Shown here piece by piece: positions 1 through 10,418 of a DNA stretch of 64,000 nt. A program made the position numbers and the translations under genes. This DNA comes from an uncultured Lentisphaerales bacterium (GTDB lineage: Bacteria; Verrucomicrobiota; Lentisphaeria; JABSQK01; UBA12247), in contig CALSSJ010000011.1 of NCBI GenBank assembly GCA_943788985.1, positions 64,001 to 128,000 on the forward strand, given 5' to 3'. The notes under the pieces were generated by a model that saw only the letters and a list, made by a program, of their open reading frames with translations, did no database searches and was not told the origin of the DNA. Each line of letters opens with the position of its first letter. Position 1 is the first letter of the stretch.

Positions 1-45
1 GGCGGGACTGACAATATCACAGCAGTCTGCATGTTCGTCGATTAA
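1..45 (+). CDS. 3' end of a PP2C-family Ser/Thr protein phosphatase (partial)
   Basis: Frame 1 reads GGTDNITAVCMFVD*. GGxDNIT is the conserved PP2C C-terminal metal-binding motif, and the gene lies directly upstream of a Ser/Thr kinase. Confidence 0.75.
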   Translation, partial: GGTDNITAVCMFVD

Positions 46-141
46 AACTTCCCTAGCGCCTTCGCGATAGACGAAGGCCACTCGCGTTTACCCCCCAGTA
101 CACAGCTGCTACCTACTTCTCCTCCTTCACGCTGTCCCCCT

Positions 142-2424
142 ATGCGATTTCAATGCTTTTTCTGTTTCCACATTAACCGAACGTCCTCGGACTCGGTCGT
201 GAAGTCTGTGGTCTGTGAGAACTGCCGGAAGCAGGTGAAGGTACCCGCCGACAATCTCAAAGCTGGGTGCGTGATCGGCGACTTCTCGATCGAAAAGGAG
301 ATTGGCGCTGGCGGGATGGCGCGCGTGTTTCTGGCTCGACAACTCAGTCTGGATCGCCCCGTCGCCCTGAAGGTCTTGAATCAGGAATACGCACAGAACA
401 AAACCTACGCAGATCATTTCCTGACTGAAGCCAAATCCGCAGCCCGGCTGAATCATCCCAATATCGTCCAGGCCCATGCATTCGGCACTGATGATGGCCA
501 CCTGTACTACGCGATGGAGTACGTGGATGGAGACACCTTGAGTGGGCAGATCAACACCGAGACACGGATGGAGCTGGATCGTGCCTTAAATGTGACGCAA
601 CAAGTTGCAGAGGGGTTGCATGCTGCCTGGACGGAAGAGCGGTTAATTCACCGTGACGTGAAGCCGGAGAATATTATCATCCTCGAAGACGGCAGTGCCA
701 AGGTCATGGATCTTGGGATCGCTGTGCGGGCGACGGAGGCCAGTCAGGCATCTGTTTGTGGTACCCCAGCCTACATGGCACCCGAGCAGTTTCGCGTCGG
801 AGATCTCGACTGTCGGACGGACATCTATTCACTTGGGACGACGCTGTATCATGCGATCATCGGCTATCCGCCCTTTTCAAGTTCGTCTAGTAGCCAACTC
901 GCACAGATGCATGCCACTGCCTCCGTTCTTTTCCCGGATTCTGACGTCTTATTTGTGCCGGAGCGAGCCCGGCGATTGGTGACGCGCATGATGGCGAAGC
1001 ATCGAAATGACCGTTTTGCAGACTACGAGGAACTCCTGGACGAGATCGTAGACATCCGCCGCCGTCTGGCACCGGTGGCTGCATCTATTCCGAGCGTTCA
1101 CACTGTTTCCATCGGCAAGTTTCGGCTGCCGGCCGACGTGGGCAGTCCAGAAACCATCGTGCGGCGTCGTGAACGGAACCAGATGGAGGTTGCAGAGGCC
1201 CGCCGACAAGCAATTTTCCGCGCCGAGTATGCCACGACCCATGAACAGCAGCCCGTGCTTTCGACCGCACATTTAGCGGTGATCACCCTTTTGCTGAGTG
1301 CGGCCGTAGCCGTTCTTGCTGGCTTAATATGGCAGCGAAACGCCCAGCCCACCGCCTACTCGCTCTTGCTGCAAACAGTGATTGACCAGCACGACTCGCT
1401 GCCCCCAGACGAGTTTATCGCTGAAGCACAGCAGGTCGTCACTCCGCCCGCGGGCAGGAGTCTTCGCAGGCATGAGCGCGACCTGTTGTGGGGGGTGCGC
1501 ACTCGTCTTGGAGACGCCCGAGAAGCAGGCTTGCGCCAGGCTGAAGTCAATCATCGGGTGAAGGTTGCCGAAGCAGAGCAGTTGCTCGCGCAAGTAAGTG
1601 CTGCACAGGCGCAGCTAAATGAGTCACGACTAGCCGCTGAGGCTCACGTGAAAGCCCTTGAGGTGCAAGCCGCCGAGGTTGCCGAACTCACCGAGACGCT
1701 CGCCTTGCAACGCGAAGAGCAGGAATCAATTAGCGCCGCGCTTTCCGGGCTTCACGAGGAACTTGCGGCAGCGGAGCAGAGCTACGAGGCACTTCTTTTC
1801 CTGGAGCTGTCCGTCGCCTTTCGAGCAGGCAGTGCCACATCCGCAAAGCGCCTGCTGCAGCCCCGGGAGATCGATTCTGAGGCAATATTGGGCTTGAAGC
1901 AACGTCTGACCGAGGGACTGCGCGCCGCGGCGCTGGTGACAACGGCATTTGCGCAGGCCCGCAACAGCATGCCGGGCAGCATCACCGAGCTTGGCACGCT
2001 CCTCGAACTGGATGGCAGAACCCTTGTTTTCGAAGGCGCTGCCGTGGGAGACGACGCTGAGGCTGTGCTCGTGCGCCGAACGCTGAGCGCGCTTCCCGCA
2101 GGGGTCGTCCTCGACCTGGCACGCTCAGGCAACACCTATCTTGACGAAGAAGAAGATTGGATATTTGCCTATCATTGGGGAGATTTGCGGACCGCATACT
2201 TATTGGCTCCAGAGGATGATGAGGCTGCGCTTATTGATCTTTCTGAGCGCTGCTTTGCGGCTGAATTGCGCAGTGCGCGCCAGCTCGCTCTGGCCGGTGC
2301 CAGCCGCTCTTTGAGGGCGCTGATCCACAACGCAAGCCATCGCTATTCTCGCGAGCAACTCGAGCAATTGCAGGAGTTGCTCGCGCTTACTGTGCCGGGC
2401 GAGATCGAGCAGACACCCGAGTGA
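142..2424 (+). CDS. Membrane-anchored Hanks-type Ser/Thr protein kinase with N-terminal Zn-ribbon
   Basis: Kinase motifs IGAGGMARV, VALK, HPNIV, IHRDVKPEN, DLG, GTPAYMAPE, DIYSLG. N-terminal CFFC...CENC pair. TM helix (LAVITLLLSAAVAVLAGLIW), then a coiled-coil/helical region. Confidence 0.95.
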   Translation: MRFQCFFCFHINRTSSDSVVKSVVCENCRKQVKVPADNLKAGCVIGDFSIEKEIGAGGMARVFLARQLSLDRPVALKVLNQEYAQNKTYADHFLTEAKSAARLNHPNIVQAHAFGTDDGHLYYAMEYVDGDTLSGQINTETRMELDRALNVTQQVAEGLHAAWTEERLIHRDVKPENIIILEDGSAKVMDLGIAVRATEASQASVCGTPAYMAPEQFRVGDLDCRTDIYSLGTTLYHAIIGYPPFSSSSSSQLAQMHATASVLFPDSDVLFVPERARRLVTRMMAKHRNDRFADYEELLDEIVDIRRRLAPVAASIPSVHTVSIGKFRLPADVGSPETIVRRRERNQMEVAEARRQAIFRAEYATTHEQQPVLSTAHLAVITLLLSAAVAVLAGLIWQRNAQPTAYSLLLQTVIDQHDSLPPDEFIAEAQQVVTPPAGRSLRRHERDLLWGVRTRLGDAREAGLRQAEVNHRVKVAEAEQLLAQVSAAQAQLNESRLAAEAHVKALEVQAAEVAELTETLALQREEQESISAALSGLHEELAAAEQSYEALLFLELSVAFRAGSATSAKRLLQPREIDSEAILGLKQRLTEGLRAAALVTTAFAQARNSMPGSITELGTLLELDGRTLVFEGAAVGDDAEAVLVRRTLSALPAGVVLDLARSGNTYLDEEEDWIFAYHWGDLRTAYLLAPEDDEAALIDLSERCFAAELRSARQLALAGASRSLRALIHNASHRYSREQLEQLQELLALTVPGEIEQTPE

Positions 2425-2564
2425 GGAAGTTCGCTGCTAGGAGCTAAAACAAGGCCGGTCGGCTTCTGGCGAATGATTATTCAGGCCGGCAGGCAGGAAA
2501 TGCAGTGAGCTACCTCACGGAATCGAGTCGCCCGTCCTTCGCGTACCGGCTCGGGAGTTCCGTC

Positions 2565-2592
2565 TTGCAGGAACGCTCATAGATGCTATCTT
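2565..2592 (+). promoter_or_regulatory. Putative sigma70 promoter
   Basis: TTGCAG-N16-TATCTT with a TG extended -10. CAGGAG RBS precedes ATG 2685. Confidence 0.4.
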
Positions 2593-2684
2593 TCCTAGCT
2601 AGAAATTGGAGTGGATGCCGTGACCTAGGTCTGCGTGCGCGCTCCAAGACCGTTGATAGCCTATTGACCCGCAGGAGAAAATAA

Positions 2685-5600
2685 ATGTTGCATCACATAG
2701 TGAGAATTGGCGCCTGTGTCGCCCTGCTCAGCCTCGGGCTGCCAGCGCAGGAAGGCGAGGAAGACGCGACGAGACTTGAAGCTACCGAAGTACAAGCCGA
2801 AGCCCGCAGCTTGAGCCAAGAGCTTGAAGACGCCGGGACGCCGCCTCCAACGCTGCGCGAAATCGTGGACGAAGCACGCCGCAAGCAGCAGGATGGTGGA
2901 ATTCTGTTGACCAAAAACCGTTTCGCGGATTCCGCAAGCGCCTTCCGCCAGTCAGCCGAAATGTACCGCACCATCCTGAATGACCTCCCCCTCCACCGCG
3001 AGTGGCAGCGCCTCGAGAAGCGTGTCGACCGAGCTCGGATGCTGGCTGTTGGTGCGGGTGGACCCGAGCTCGAACAGGCGACTAACGCCCTCGGCAAAGC
3101 CCGCGACCTATTTCAGGCTGGCCATCGTGACGATTCGTTGCAGGCGCTCGAGGCCTCAGCCCGGCTCTACGAAGCGCTCGGCCCTGATCACGAAGCTGCT
3201 TCGGTAGATCGCACCATGGCTGCGAAGAAGCGCATGGATATTGCCAAGGAGAAGGTCGTCCGTCTGGATAGCTATGACGTTTCCAACGATCACCGCGTCC
3301 AGAAAAACGGCTCGCTGCTATTCTTTCTGCATCGTGCACAGATTAGCGACCAGTCGGCCAGCGACGCCCTCATTGAGCGGCAGCAAAGTGAAGCTGAGGC
3401 ATTGTATACAGCAGCAGCAAACCAGTACATGCGAGCAGCGGCTCTGCAGGAGAAGCAACGCTTGATTCGTGCGGCAATTGAGTCCACCGAGAAGGCCCAC
3501 CAGAAGGCTGTTGAAACTTTACAGGAGGGAAAAAACTCTAATTCGCTTCAGCGCGGCACGCAGGCTCTCGACAATGCACGAGAGATCGCCAATGATGCTG
3601 CGACCAAGGAAGAACTGGAAATGGCCGAGCGCATGATCGACGAAGCCAAACAGGACTTCGCCAAGACCATCGCCACCGCTCAAATGGCATTTCTCCAGGA
3701 TGCCCGTAAGTCATACCGTGCAGCCCTGGCCCGCACCGACGAGGCACTGCTGAAGCAGCATGCTAATTACGAGTACGATGGCGCACTTGCGCTGGCTCGC
3801 CATGGTGAGGAAATGGCCGCCGATGCAGAATTTGAAGACGCCATTGCAGCAGTCAGCCGTGCTGGTGAGGCGCTCGACCGAGCCACAGAGTTGGCCGTGG
3901 CTAACCGCAAGAAACACGAAGCCGATGTGGCGTTGGTCAGTTCCCGTCTGGAGCGCGCACTTGCCGATGGAAATCGCAATGGCGCTGAGCTGTCCTTGGC
4001 AGAGCTCGAGAATCTCCTTGGCTCTAACCACCGCCAGGTCGGGACCTACCGCATGAGCGTCGCTTCACTGGTGCAGCCGAATCCCGAAGATGCCTTTGAC
4101 ATCTCCACACTTGCTGGCGCTCGGGAAGCTTGGGAAGCGGTGCTGGGCAGAGTCGATCACGAAGGGCTGACCATGCGCGCTGCAATGGCTCTCGCAGATT
4201 CCAAGACCGCAGCGGCCAATGCCAAGTCCAAGGCATTGGTGGGCGAAGAAGAAGTCGCCGCTCGGATGTACAATCAAGCTCGCGAGTCACTTAGCCGCGC
4301 GGTCGTCGAGTCGCGGATGCGCGGCGCTGAGCCCGTCATCGCGCAGCTGGAGCATGCCCTCGAGGCCAAAGACCCTATGGCGGCCCAGTCCTTTTTAAAC
4401 AAGGTCGCCGCCTTGATCCCCAACGACCCCCGGCTTGTCGATTGCCGCGTGCGCGTCGCCCTGTTAGCTAGCGCCATCGGCGAGGAGGCCGTCATGGCAC
4501 CTGAGCCTCAGACTCCCCGAGCCCGCGTAGAGAGTTTTGAAGCCCCTCCAGCCTCCGGCTTGGTAGCCGCTGTCTCTGGCGACCGGGAGGCATCCCTGAG
4601 CACGCAGGACTTGGCAGATTCCGAGCGAATGATCGCTGCCGCCGCTGATCTGCTTGCCGAGACGGAAGCCGCTGGCGCCGTAGTTGCGGAGCCCGCAAAC
4701 ATTTCGGGTGCCTTGGCCAGTGCCGTGACTGACTCCGAAGGCAACATCTTGCTGACTGCAGACGACTTGGTCATGCACGGTGCTACCTTGCTGGATGCAG
4801 TTAATGCCCGCACCGATGCCACGATCCTGCGGCGTCGCGCCAATGACCTAGAGCCGAAAGTCCGTGAAGTTATGGCCCGCCATCTGTCGAATGCCGAAAT
4901 GCGCATGCGCGACGGTACCAAGCAACTCACACGCGAGCTTTATCCGGAAGCCGTGCAAGCATATCACGATGCATCTGCTTATTATCGTGGAGTGCTCGAC
5001 AGCGGCGATGTCCTAGACAGGCTCTCCCAGGCTCAGGATGAAGTTGAGCGCGGTAGCATGATTGGCAGTATCTTTACGGATGTCTCCACCCTGTCACAGG
5101 CTCAGCGCCATGAACACAACGCGCAGGGCTACATCGCTGCGGGTGAGTTGGAAACGGCGATCGAAGAGTTGGGCCGGGCACGTGACATCTACCAGGCCTA
5201 TGTTCCCTTCGAGTCCAAGGCATCTTTGGAAGAAGCTGTCGCCGCCCGGACGTCCATGTTACAGGTACGCGCACAGTTTCCCCAGTTGCCCGACTCAGAG
5301 CTCCCCAAGCATCATCACGAGCGCTCCATCCGCCAGTCCCTGTGGGAGCTCGCTGTGCTTCGCAATAGCACATCGGTGAAGCTGACCCGTGATGCTCGCA
5401 AGGGGCGGTTGCTCAACCACGCCCAGCAGACCGAGCGCACAGCGAACCGGGCCCTGTGGGAACATCGCTACGCGCTGGCAAAGTCTCTCTACATCAGCAC
5501 TGCCGAGCTGTACCACAAGGCCCACAACCTGGCTGAGCGCGGCGCTCCACTACGTGCTCATTCGGCCGATGTCTCAGCATCGCCGGCCCCAGCCCATGTT

Positions 5601-7259
5601 TTTCACGGTGCGCGCCTGTACCGAGTGCCGACACCTTTAGCCCCAGACGCAAGTCCACGGGCAGAGCTGGCCGGAGCTACGGATATGCTGAAACCCACGC
5701 AGTTTCTGAAGCGCGTGGGAGAGCCGGAGTCTCTACCGCGGGCGCGAGCCATTACGCTTCGCGCTAGCCATGCACCGTCGCGCCGCGCCACGCCTCCAGC
5801 CCCTGCTGTCACGGCACGCCCGATCTCGACGCCAGCCGTGCTCAGCCCGTCCTCAGCGACACCTGCTCCGCGTCGTATCCCAGCAATGGAAAACGAGATT
5901 GTGCCGACCGAGGCGGACATTGCCGTTGAAGAAACTGTCGAAGTCCCCGAGCTGAGCAGCCAAGATCAACCTCTCGTCACCGACTTGGTGAGGGCCCGCG
6001 AGAATTTGGCAAAGTCGCGAATTTATTTCCAGGCAGACTGGCTGTCGAATCTCGATCGCGAGGATGAGCTTGCCAAGCTGCGCCAGGCATCGATTGAGAT
6101 GATGGCTGAAGCTGAGGATAGCTTCTCTGAGCTGCAGAATTATCCAGAAGCGTTCGATCGCGGACTGCGCGCTCTGGAGTTAGCCCAGAATGCTGCCGAC
6201 AATGATCTCTACCACACCGCTAAGCGCGAGCTGGTGCGAGCGACTGAGCTGTTCGAATACGCCCGGAACGAGGCAGAGCGTTTGGCAGCGATGCGCTCGG
6301 CACAGCATCTGACCGCTCCCGGAAGCAAGGTCCTGCCTATTGCCCATCGTGTGCAGGCAGTACTGGAGCATTATCTGACCCGCCAGCAGCGGACCATCAT
6401 TGCGCCGTTGATTCTCAAGCTTGAGCATGCCTTCGCGATTCAGGACGGCCTGCGCGCGGAGGCGATAGTGGATGAGTTGGAGGCACTGCTTCCAGATGGA
6501 CCGGTTCTGGCAGAGCTACGCGCACTGTCCGCTGACCTGCCGCGTCCCAAGAAGTACCTAACTCTCGACTTGGGCAACGACGTGGAAATGGAGTTTGTGT
6601 TGATTCGTCCCGGGGCGTTCGTCATGGAATTTGACACCGAAGACGGCATCAAGAAACGCAAGATTCGCGTCGATGCGCCCTACTACATTGGCCGCTTCGA
6701 GGTCACCCAAGCCCAATGGGAAGCAGTCATGGGCTACAACCCCAGCGCGTACGTAGATCCGCAGAACCCGGTAGAGAACGTCAGCTGGGAAGAAATTCAG
6801 GTCTTCATGGGCCGGCTTCGCGAGATGTATTGGTACCTCCGCATTGCGTTGCCTACCGAGCAGCAGTGGGAGTATGCCTGTCGTGCTGGCAGCACGGACC
6901 GTTTCTCCTTTGGCAAAGATACGAACATGCTGGAAGACTTCGCTTGGTATCGCGGAAACTCCAATGGGATTCCCCAGCAGATTGGCAAGAAGAAGCCGAA
7001 CGCTTGGGGGCTCTATGATATGCACGGAAACGTCCGTGAGTGGTGTGCGAACTGGTACACACCGCCTGCACGTGAGAGTGTCGCTGTCGCGGAGACCACG
7101 AGCTTGGACTACGTAGCAACGCGTGGTGGTAGCTTCCGAAATCCAGCGATGTATACTGCTGCTGGTAACCGCTACCGGCTGGCTCCAGACCAGGCGAACA
7201 GCCACGTGGGCTTTCGCGTCTCGCTCATTCGCGAGTCCGGTGTTGCCGCCACCCGCTGA
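2685..7259 (+). CDS. Large exported helical-repeat protein with C-terminal FGE-sulfatase (SUMF1-like) domain
   Basis: Signal peptide, long helical region, and C-terminal motifs FEVTQAQW, PVENVSW, LPTEQQWEYACRAG, PNAWGLYDMHGNVREWC, RGGS, GFR. Confidence 0.9.
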   Translation: MLHHIVRIGACVALLSLGLPAQEGEEDATRLEATEVQAEARSLSQELEDAGTPPPTLREIVDEARRKQQDGGILLTKNRFADSASAFRQSAEMYRTILNDLPLHREWQRLEKRVDRARMLAVGAGGPELEQATNALGKARDLFQAGHRDDSLQALEASARLYEALGPDHEAASVDRTMAAKKRMDIAKEKVVRLDSYDVSNDHRVQKNGSLLFFLHRAQISDQSASDALIERQQSEAEALYTAAANQYMRAAALQEKQRLIRAAIESTEKAHQKAVETLQEGKNSNSLQRGTQALDNAREIANDAATKEELEMAERMIDEAKQDFAKTIATAQMAFLQDARKSYRAALARTDEALLKQHANYEYDGALALARHGEEMAADAEFEDAIAAVSRAGEALDRATELAVANRKKHEADVALVSSRLERALADGNRNGAELSLAELENLLGSNHRQVGTYRMSVASLVQPNPEDAFDISTLAGAREAWEAVLGRVDHEGLTMRAAMALADSKTAAANAKSKALVGEEEVAARMYNQARESLSRAVVESRMRGAEPVIAQLEHALEAKDPMAAQSFLNKVAALIPNDPRLVDCRVRVALLASAIGEEAVMAPEPQTPRARVESFEAPPASGLVAAVSGDREASLSTQDLADSERMIAAAADLLAETEAAGAVVAEPANISGALASAVTDSEGNILLTADDLVMHGATLLDAVNARTDATILRRRANDLEPKVREVMARHLSNAEMRMRDGTKQLTRELYPEAVQAYHDASAYYRGVLDSGDVLDRLSQAQDEVERGSMIGSIFTDVSTLSQAQRHEHNAQGYIAAGELETAIEELGRARDIYQAYVPFESKASLEEAVAARTSMLQVRAQFPQLPDSELPKHHHERSIRQSLWELAVLRNSTSVKLTRDARKGRLLNHAQQTERTANRALWEHRYALAKSLYISTAELYHKAHNLAERGAPLRAHSADVSASPAPAHVFHGARLYRVPTPLAPDASPRAELAGATDMLKPTQFLKRVGEPESLPRARAITLRASHAPSRRATPPAPAVTARPISTPAVLSPSSATPAPRRIPAMENEIVPTEADIAVEETVEVPELSSQDQPLVTDLVRARENLAKSRIYFQADWLSNLDREDELAKLRQASIEMMAEAEDSFSELQNYPEAFDRGLRALELAQNAADNDLYHTAKRELVRATELFEYARNEAERLAAMRSAQHLTAPGSKVLPIAHRVQAVLEHYLTRQQRTIIAPLILKLEHAFAIQDGLRAEAIVDELEALLPDGPVLAELRALSADLPRPKKYLTLDLGNDVEMEFVLIRPGAFVMEFDTEDGIKKRKIRVDAPYYIGRFEVTQAQWEAVMGYNPSAYVDPQNPVENVSWEEIQVFMGRLREMYWYLRIALPTEQQWEYACRAGSTDRFSFGKDTNMLEDFAWYRGNSNGIPQQIGKKKPNAWGLYDMHGNVREWCANWYTPPARESVAVAETTSLDYVATRGGSFRNPAMYTAAGNRYRLAPDQANSHVGFRVSLIRESGVAATR

Positions 7260-7321
7260 GTCGGACCCTCACTTCGTCATTCACTGCCCAACTGTGGGCA
7301 TGACCCTTTTATGAGGCGGCC

Positions 7322-8659
7322 ATGAGCCTGCAAGACCAGGTATTAGACAGCATGCGCGGGATCATCGATCCCGATCTCGGTAAGGACATCGTCTCGCTTG
7401 GCTTCATCAAGAAGCTCGAGATTTCCAAGGTTGGCGAGGTCTCGTTTGTGGTCGAGCTTACCACACCCGCCTGCCCGGTGAAGGAGCACTTTCGCACCTC
7501 CTGCGAGGCCGCAGTACAAGCACTTCCTTGGGTGAAGTCCGTGTCCGTGGAGATGAGTGCACAGAAGCGCGCGAACTCTGCCCTTCAAGGCCAGAGTGCT
7601 GGACTTGCGAACGTACGCAACATTATCGCTGTCGCGAGCTGTAAGGGGGGCGTTGGCAAATCGACCGTGGCTACAAACTTGGCCTGTGCCTTGGGTGGGA
7701 CTGGTGCGTCGGTGGGCATTTTCGATGCAGATATTTACGGCCCAAGCCTGTCGGTGATGATCGACACGCCATTTCAAGGGCTGGTGCAACGAGCCGATCG
7801 TATGATCGAGCCGGTGGAGCACCACGGCCTCAAGCTGATGTCCTTCGCCTATGCAAACCCCGGAAACGAGAAGGCAGCGATACTTCGCGGTCCGATGGTG
7901 ACTCAGATCATCAATCAGCTTCTCACCGGCACAGACTGGGGAGAACTGGACTACTTGGTGCTCGATCTCCCGCCTGGAACCGGAGATATTCAATTGACGC
8001 TCTGTCAGCTTGTGCCACTCACCGCGGCTGTGATTGTGACCACGCCTCAGAACATCAGCTTCATTGATGTGGCCAAGGGCATCCGGATGTTTGACACGCT
8101 GAAGGTGCCGACCGTTGCTGTGGTTGAGAACATGTCATACTACATCTGTGATGAGTGTGACAAGAAGCACTACATCTTTGGCCGGGGCGCTATGCGCAAG
8201 CTGGTCGAGCAGTTTGGCTTCACCAACACGGTCTCCCTGCCGATGCACCCAGCTGTAGCTGCCTGTGGAGATCATGGGTTGCCGCTGGTCTGGGCGGAAC
8301 CAGACACCGAGACGGCACAATCGTTTAGGGATCTTGCTGGTACTGTGGCGAGGGAGATTAGTCGTCGCACGTATGGTGGAATATCGGCACCTGCTGTGAC
8401 CTTTGAAGACGGTGTGATTGTCATACAGCGAGAGGATGCGGAACGCGTGGAACTTGCACCGCGAAAAGTACGCCTGGCCTGCGCTTGTGCCGTATGCATC
8501 AACGAAATGACCGGTGAGAAGGTGTTGCGAGATGAGGATGTGCCGGAGGATGTACAGCCGCAGAGCATTGAGCCCATGGGCAACTATGCTGTGGCTGTTC
8601 AATGGTCCGACGAGCATTCCTCAATCTATCCATATGACCGTCTCGACGAGTCCAAGTAG
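7322..8659 (+). CDS. mrp: Mrp/NBP35 Fe-S cluster carrier ATPase with HCF101-type three-domain architecture
   Basis: N-terminal IDPDLGKDIVSLG..TTPACP (FeS assembly/DUF59 domain), CKGGVGKS, DADIYGPS, LDLPPGTGD, ENMS..CxxC. C-terminal CACAxC..GNYA..WSD.H (DUF971-like). Confidence 0.92.
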   Translation: MSLQDQVLDSMRGIIDPDLGKDIVSLGFIKKLEISKVGEVSFVVELTTPACPVKEHFRTSCEAAVQALPWVKSVSVEMSAQKRANSALQGQSAGLANVRNIIAVASCKGGVGKSTVATNLACALGGTGASVGIFDADIYGPSLSVMIDTPFQGLVQRADRMIEPVEHHGLKLMSFAYANPGNEKAAILRGPMVTQIINQLLTGTDWGELDYLVLDLPPGTGDIQLTLCQLVPLTAAVIVTTPQNISFIDVAKGIRMFDTLKVPTVAVVENMSYYICDECDKKHYIFGRGAMRKLVEQFGFTNTVSLPMHPAVAACGDHGLPLVWAEPDTETAQSFRDLAGTVAREISRRTYGGISAPAVTFEDGVIVIQREDAERVELAPRKVRLACACAVCINEMTGEKVLRDEDVPEDVQPQSIEPMGNYAVAVQWSDEHSSIYPYDRLDESK

Positions 8660-8713
8660 ACCAGCTGGCTCCTCACAGCTGGACAACTCACACTCCGCAG
8701 AAAGAGTATAGAC

Positions 8714-9763
8714 ATGTCTGAGAAAGTATTAAAGATTGCCTTCATTGGCGGCGGTGGCATTGCCAAGAATCATGCCAAGTGGCTCTCTAAATTTGATGAC
8801 GTGCGCATCGTTGCTGTCGCTGAGGTAAGTGCCGAGACCAATACCTGGTGGGAGACTGAGTACGACGTTCCCACTTTTACAGACTACCACAAGATGCTGG
8901 CAGAGATTAAGCCGGACGCGGTCGATATCTGCACGCCCAACTTCCTGCACTACCAGCCTGGGATTGATGCGCTGAAGGCAGGCGCGCACGTATTCGTCGA
9001 GAAGCCGATGGCGATGAACGCCGACGAGTGCCAAGAGATGATTGACGTGGCCCAAGAGACCGGGCGCAAGATCGTGGTTGGGTTTCAGCATCGCTTCGAG
9101 CCCCGAGTCCAGTACATCAGCAATGCTGTCGAGGCAGGCCGCTTCGGAAAGATCATGTATACGCGGGTCAGCGTTTATCGGCGTCGTGGCATCCCTAACT
9201 GGGGTGTCTTCGGGCGCAAAGACCTGCAGGGCGGTGGTTGCCTGATTGACATTGGTGTCCATGCGCTCGACATGGCCTGGTATGCCATTGGTCGCCCCAA
9301 ACCCGTGGCAGTCTCCGGGAACACCTGGACGTACATCGGGGACGATGCTGACAAGGCAGGCGATGTCGCCTGTATGTGGCCCAAGTGGGACACCGAGACC
9401 TACACGGTCGAAGATCTTGCTGTCGGTCAGATACGTTTCGAGGATGGGTCCATTCTTGCTCTTGAAACGAGCTTTGCCATGCACGGCCAAGAGGAAGGCT
9501 ATAACTTCAGTATCTTCGGCGAAAACGCTGGCGCTTCTCTTTCGCCGCTCAAGATTTACACGGACGATTTCGGCCATCAGGTTGATGTGACTCCTGCCTT
9601 TCTGCCGAATGAAGAGATTTGGGATGTCAAGGTTCGGGGGATGATCGACCATTTCCTGAACGATGGCCCGAATCTCTCGCCCGGCGAAGATGGGCTCTTG
9701 GTACAGCAGATGTTGGACGGGATTTACCGGTCGGCTGACGTTGGCCGCGAAGTGCAGATCTGA
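8714..9763 (+). CDS. Gfo/Idh/MocA family oxidoreductase
   Basis: GGGGIA Rossmann motif, ICTPN..H, VEKP, GGGCLIDIGVH. Confidence 0.93.
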   Translation: MSEKVLKIAFIGGGGIAKNHAKWLSKFDDVRIVAVAEVSAETNTWWETEYDVPTFTDYHKMLAEIKPDAVDICTPNFLHYQPGIDALKAGAHVFVEKPMAMNADECQEMIDVAQETGRKIVVGFQHRFEPRVQYISNAVEAGRFGKIMYTRVSVYRRRGIPNWGVFGRKDLQGGGCLIDIGVHALDMAWYAIGRPKPVAVSGNTWTYIGDDADKAGDVACMWPKWDTETYTVEDLAVGQIRFEDGSILALETSFAMHGQEEGYNFSIFGENAGASLSPLKIYTDDFGHQVDVTPAFLPNEEIWDVKVRGMIDHFLNDGPNLSPGEDGLLVQQMLDGIYRSADVGREVQI

Positions 9764-9887
9764 CTCTTTGCCATAATCAGAGCCCGGCTGCCGCGCTGCT
9801 GAGACTGCGGGTTGCAATTTTCGTCGCTGCGAACACGGTACATGCTTCGCCAGTAGAATCGCCACCCGCAGGGAGAGCACAATACGC

Positions 9888-10411
9888 ATGGTCGGTGCAC
9901 AGATGTTTACACTTCGGGAGTTTGCCAAAACTGCCGATGATCTAGCTCGTACTCTTGGACGTGTGAGCGAGATCGGCTATTGTGCTTCTGGGGCGTCTGC
10001 GATTGGCGCGATGAATGGTGACGATCCGGAAGTCAGCGCAGAGGTCGCTCGCAAGATGCTGGACGAGGATGGTCTGAGCTGCGCGGCGCCCCATCGTAAC
10101 TGGGAACAGCTGCTCACCGATACAAACCGCGAGATCGAGTTTCACCAGACCTTGGGCTGCAGTTATCTGGCGATTCGTAGTCTGGAGGGAGAGTAGATGT
10201 GATTCATGTCAAGGATAAGCAGGTGATTCTTGGTCAGGGGCCAACATTTTCAGCAGTAGGCGAAGGGAATCTGGATTGGGTGAGTATCCTCGCCGCCTGT
10301 GCGGAAGCTGGCGTGCAGTGCTATTGCGTGGAGCAGGACACCTGCGACCGTGACCCTTTCGACTGCCTAGCAGCGTCCAGCTTTAAGTTTTTATCGAATC
10401 AAGGTCTATAA
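9888..10411 (+). pseudogene. Sugar phosphate isomerase/epimerase (TIM barrel) remnant with internal deletion
   Basis: N-terminal piece (AQMFTLRE) at 9888-10196 and C-terminal piece (IHVKD, VGEGNLDW, VEQD) at 10199-10411 are in different frames. Together about 170 aa, with the central part missing. Confidence 0.8.
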
Positions 10412-10418
10412 GGCAGCC

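Noticed and set aside
6560..7259. FGE/C-lectin domain as a diversity-generating retroelement target
   Set aside because: No reverse transcriptase and no template-repeat copy of the 3' end were seen in the window.
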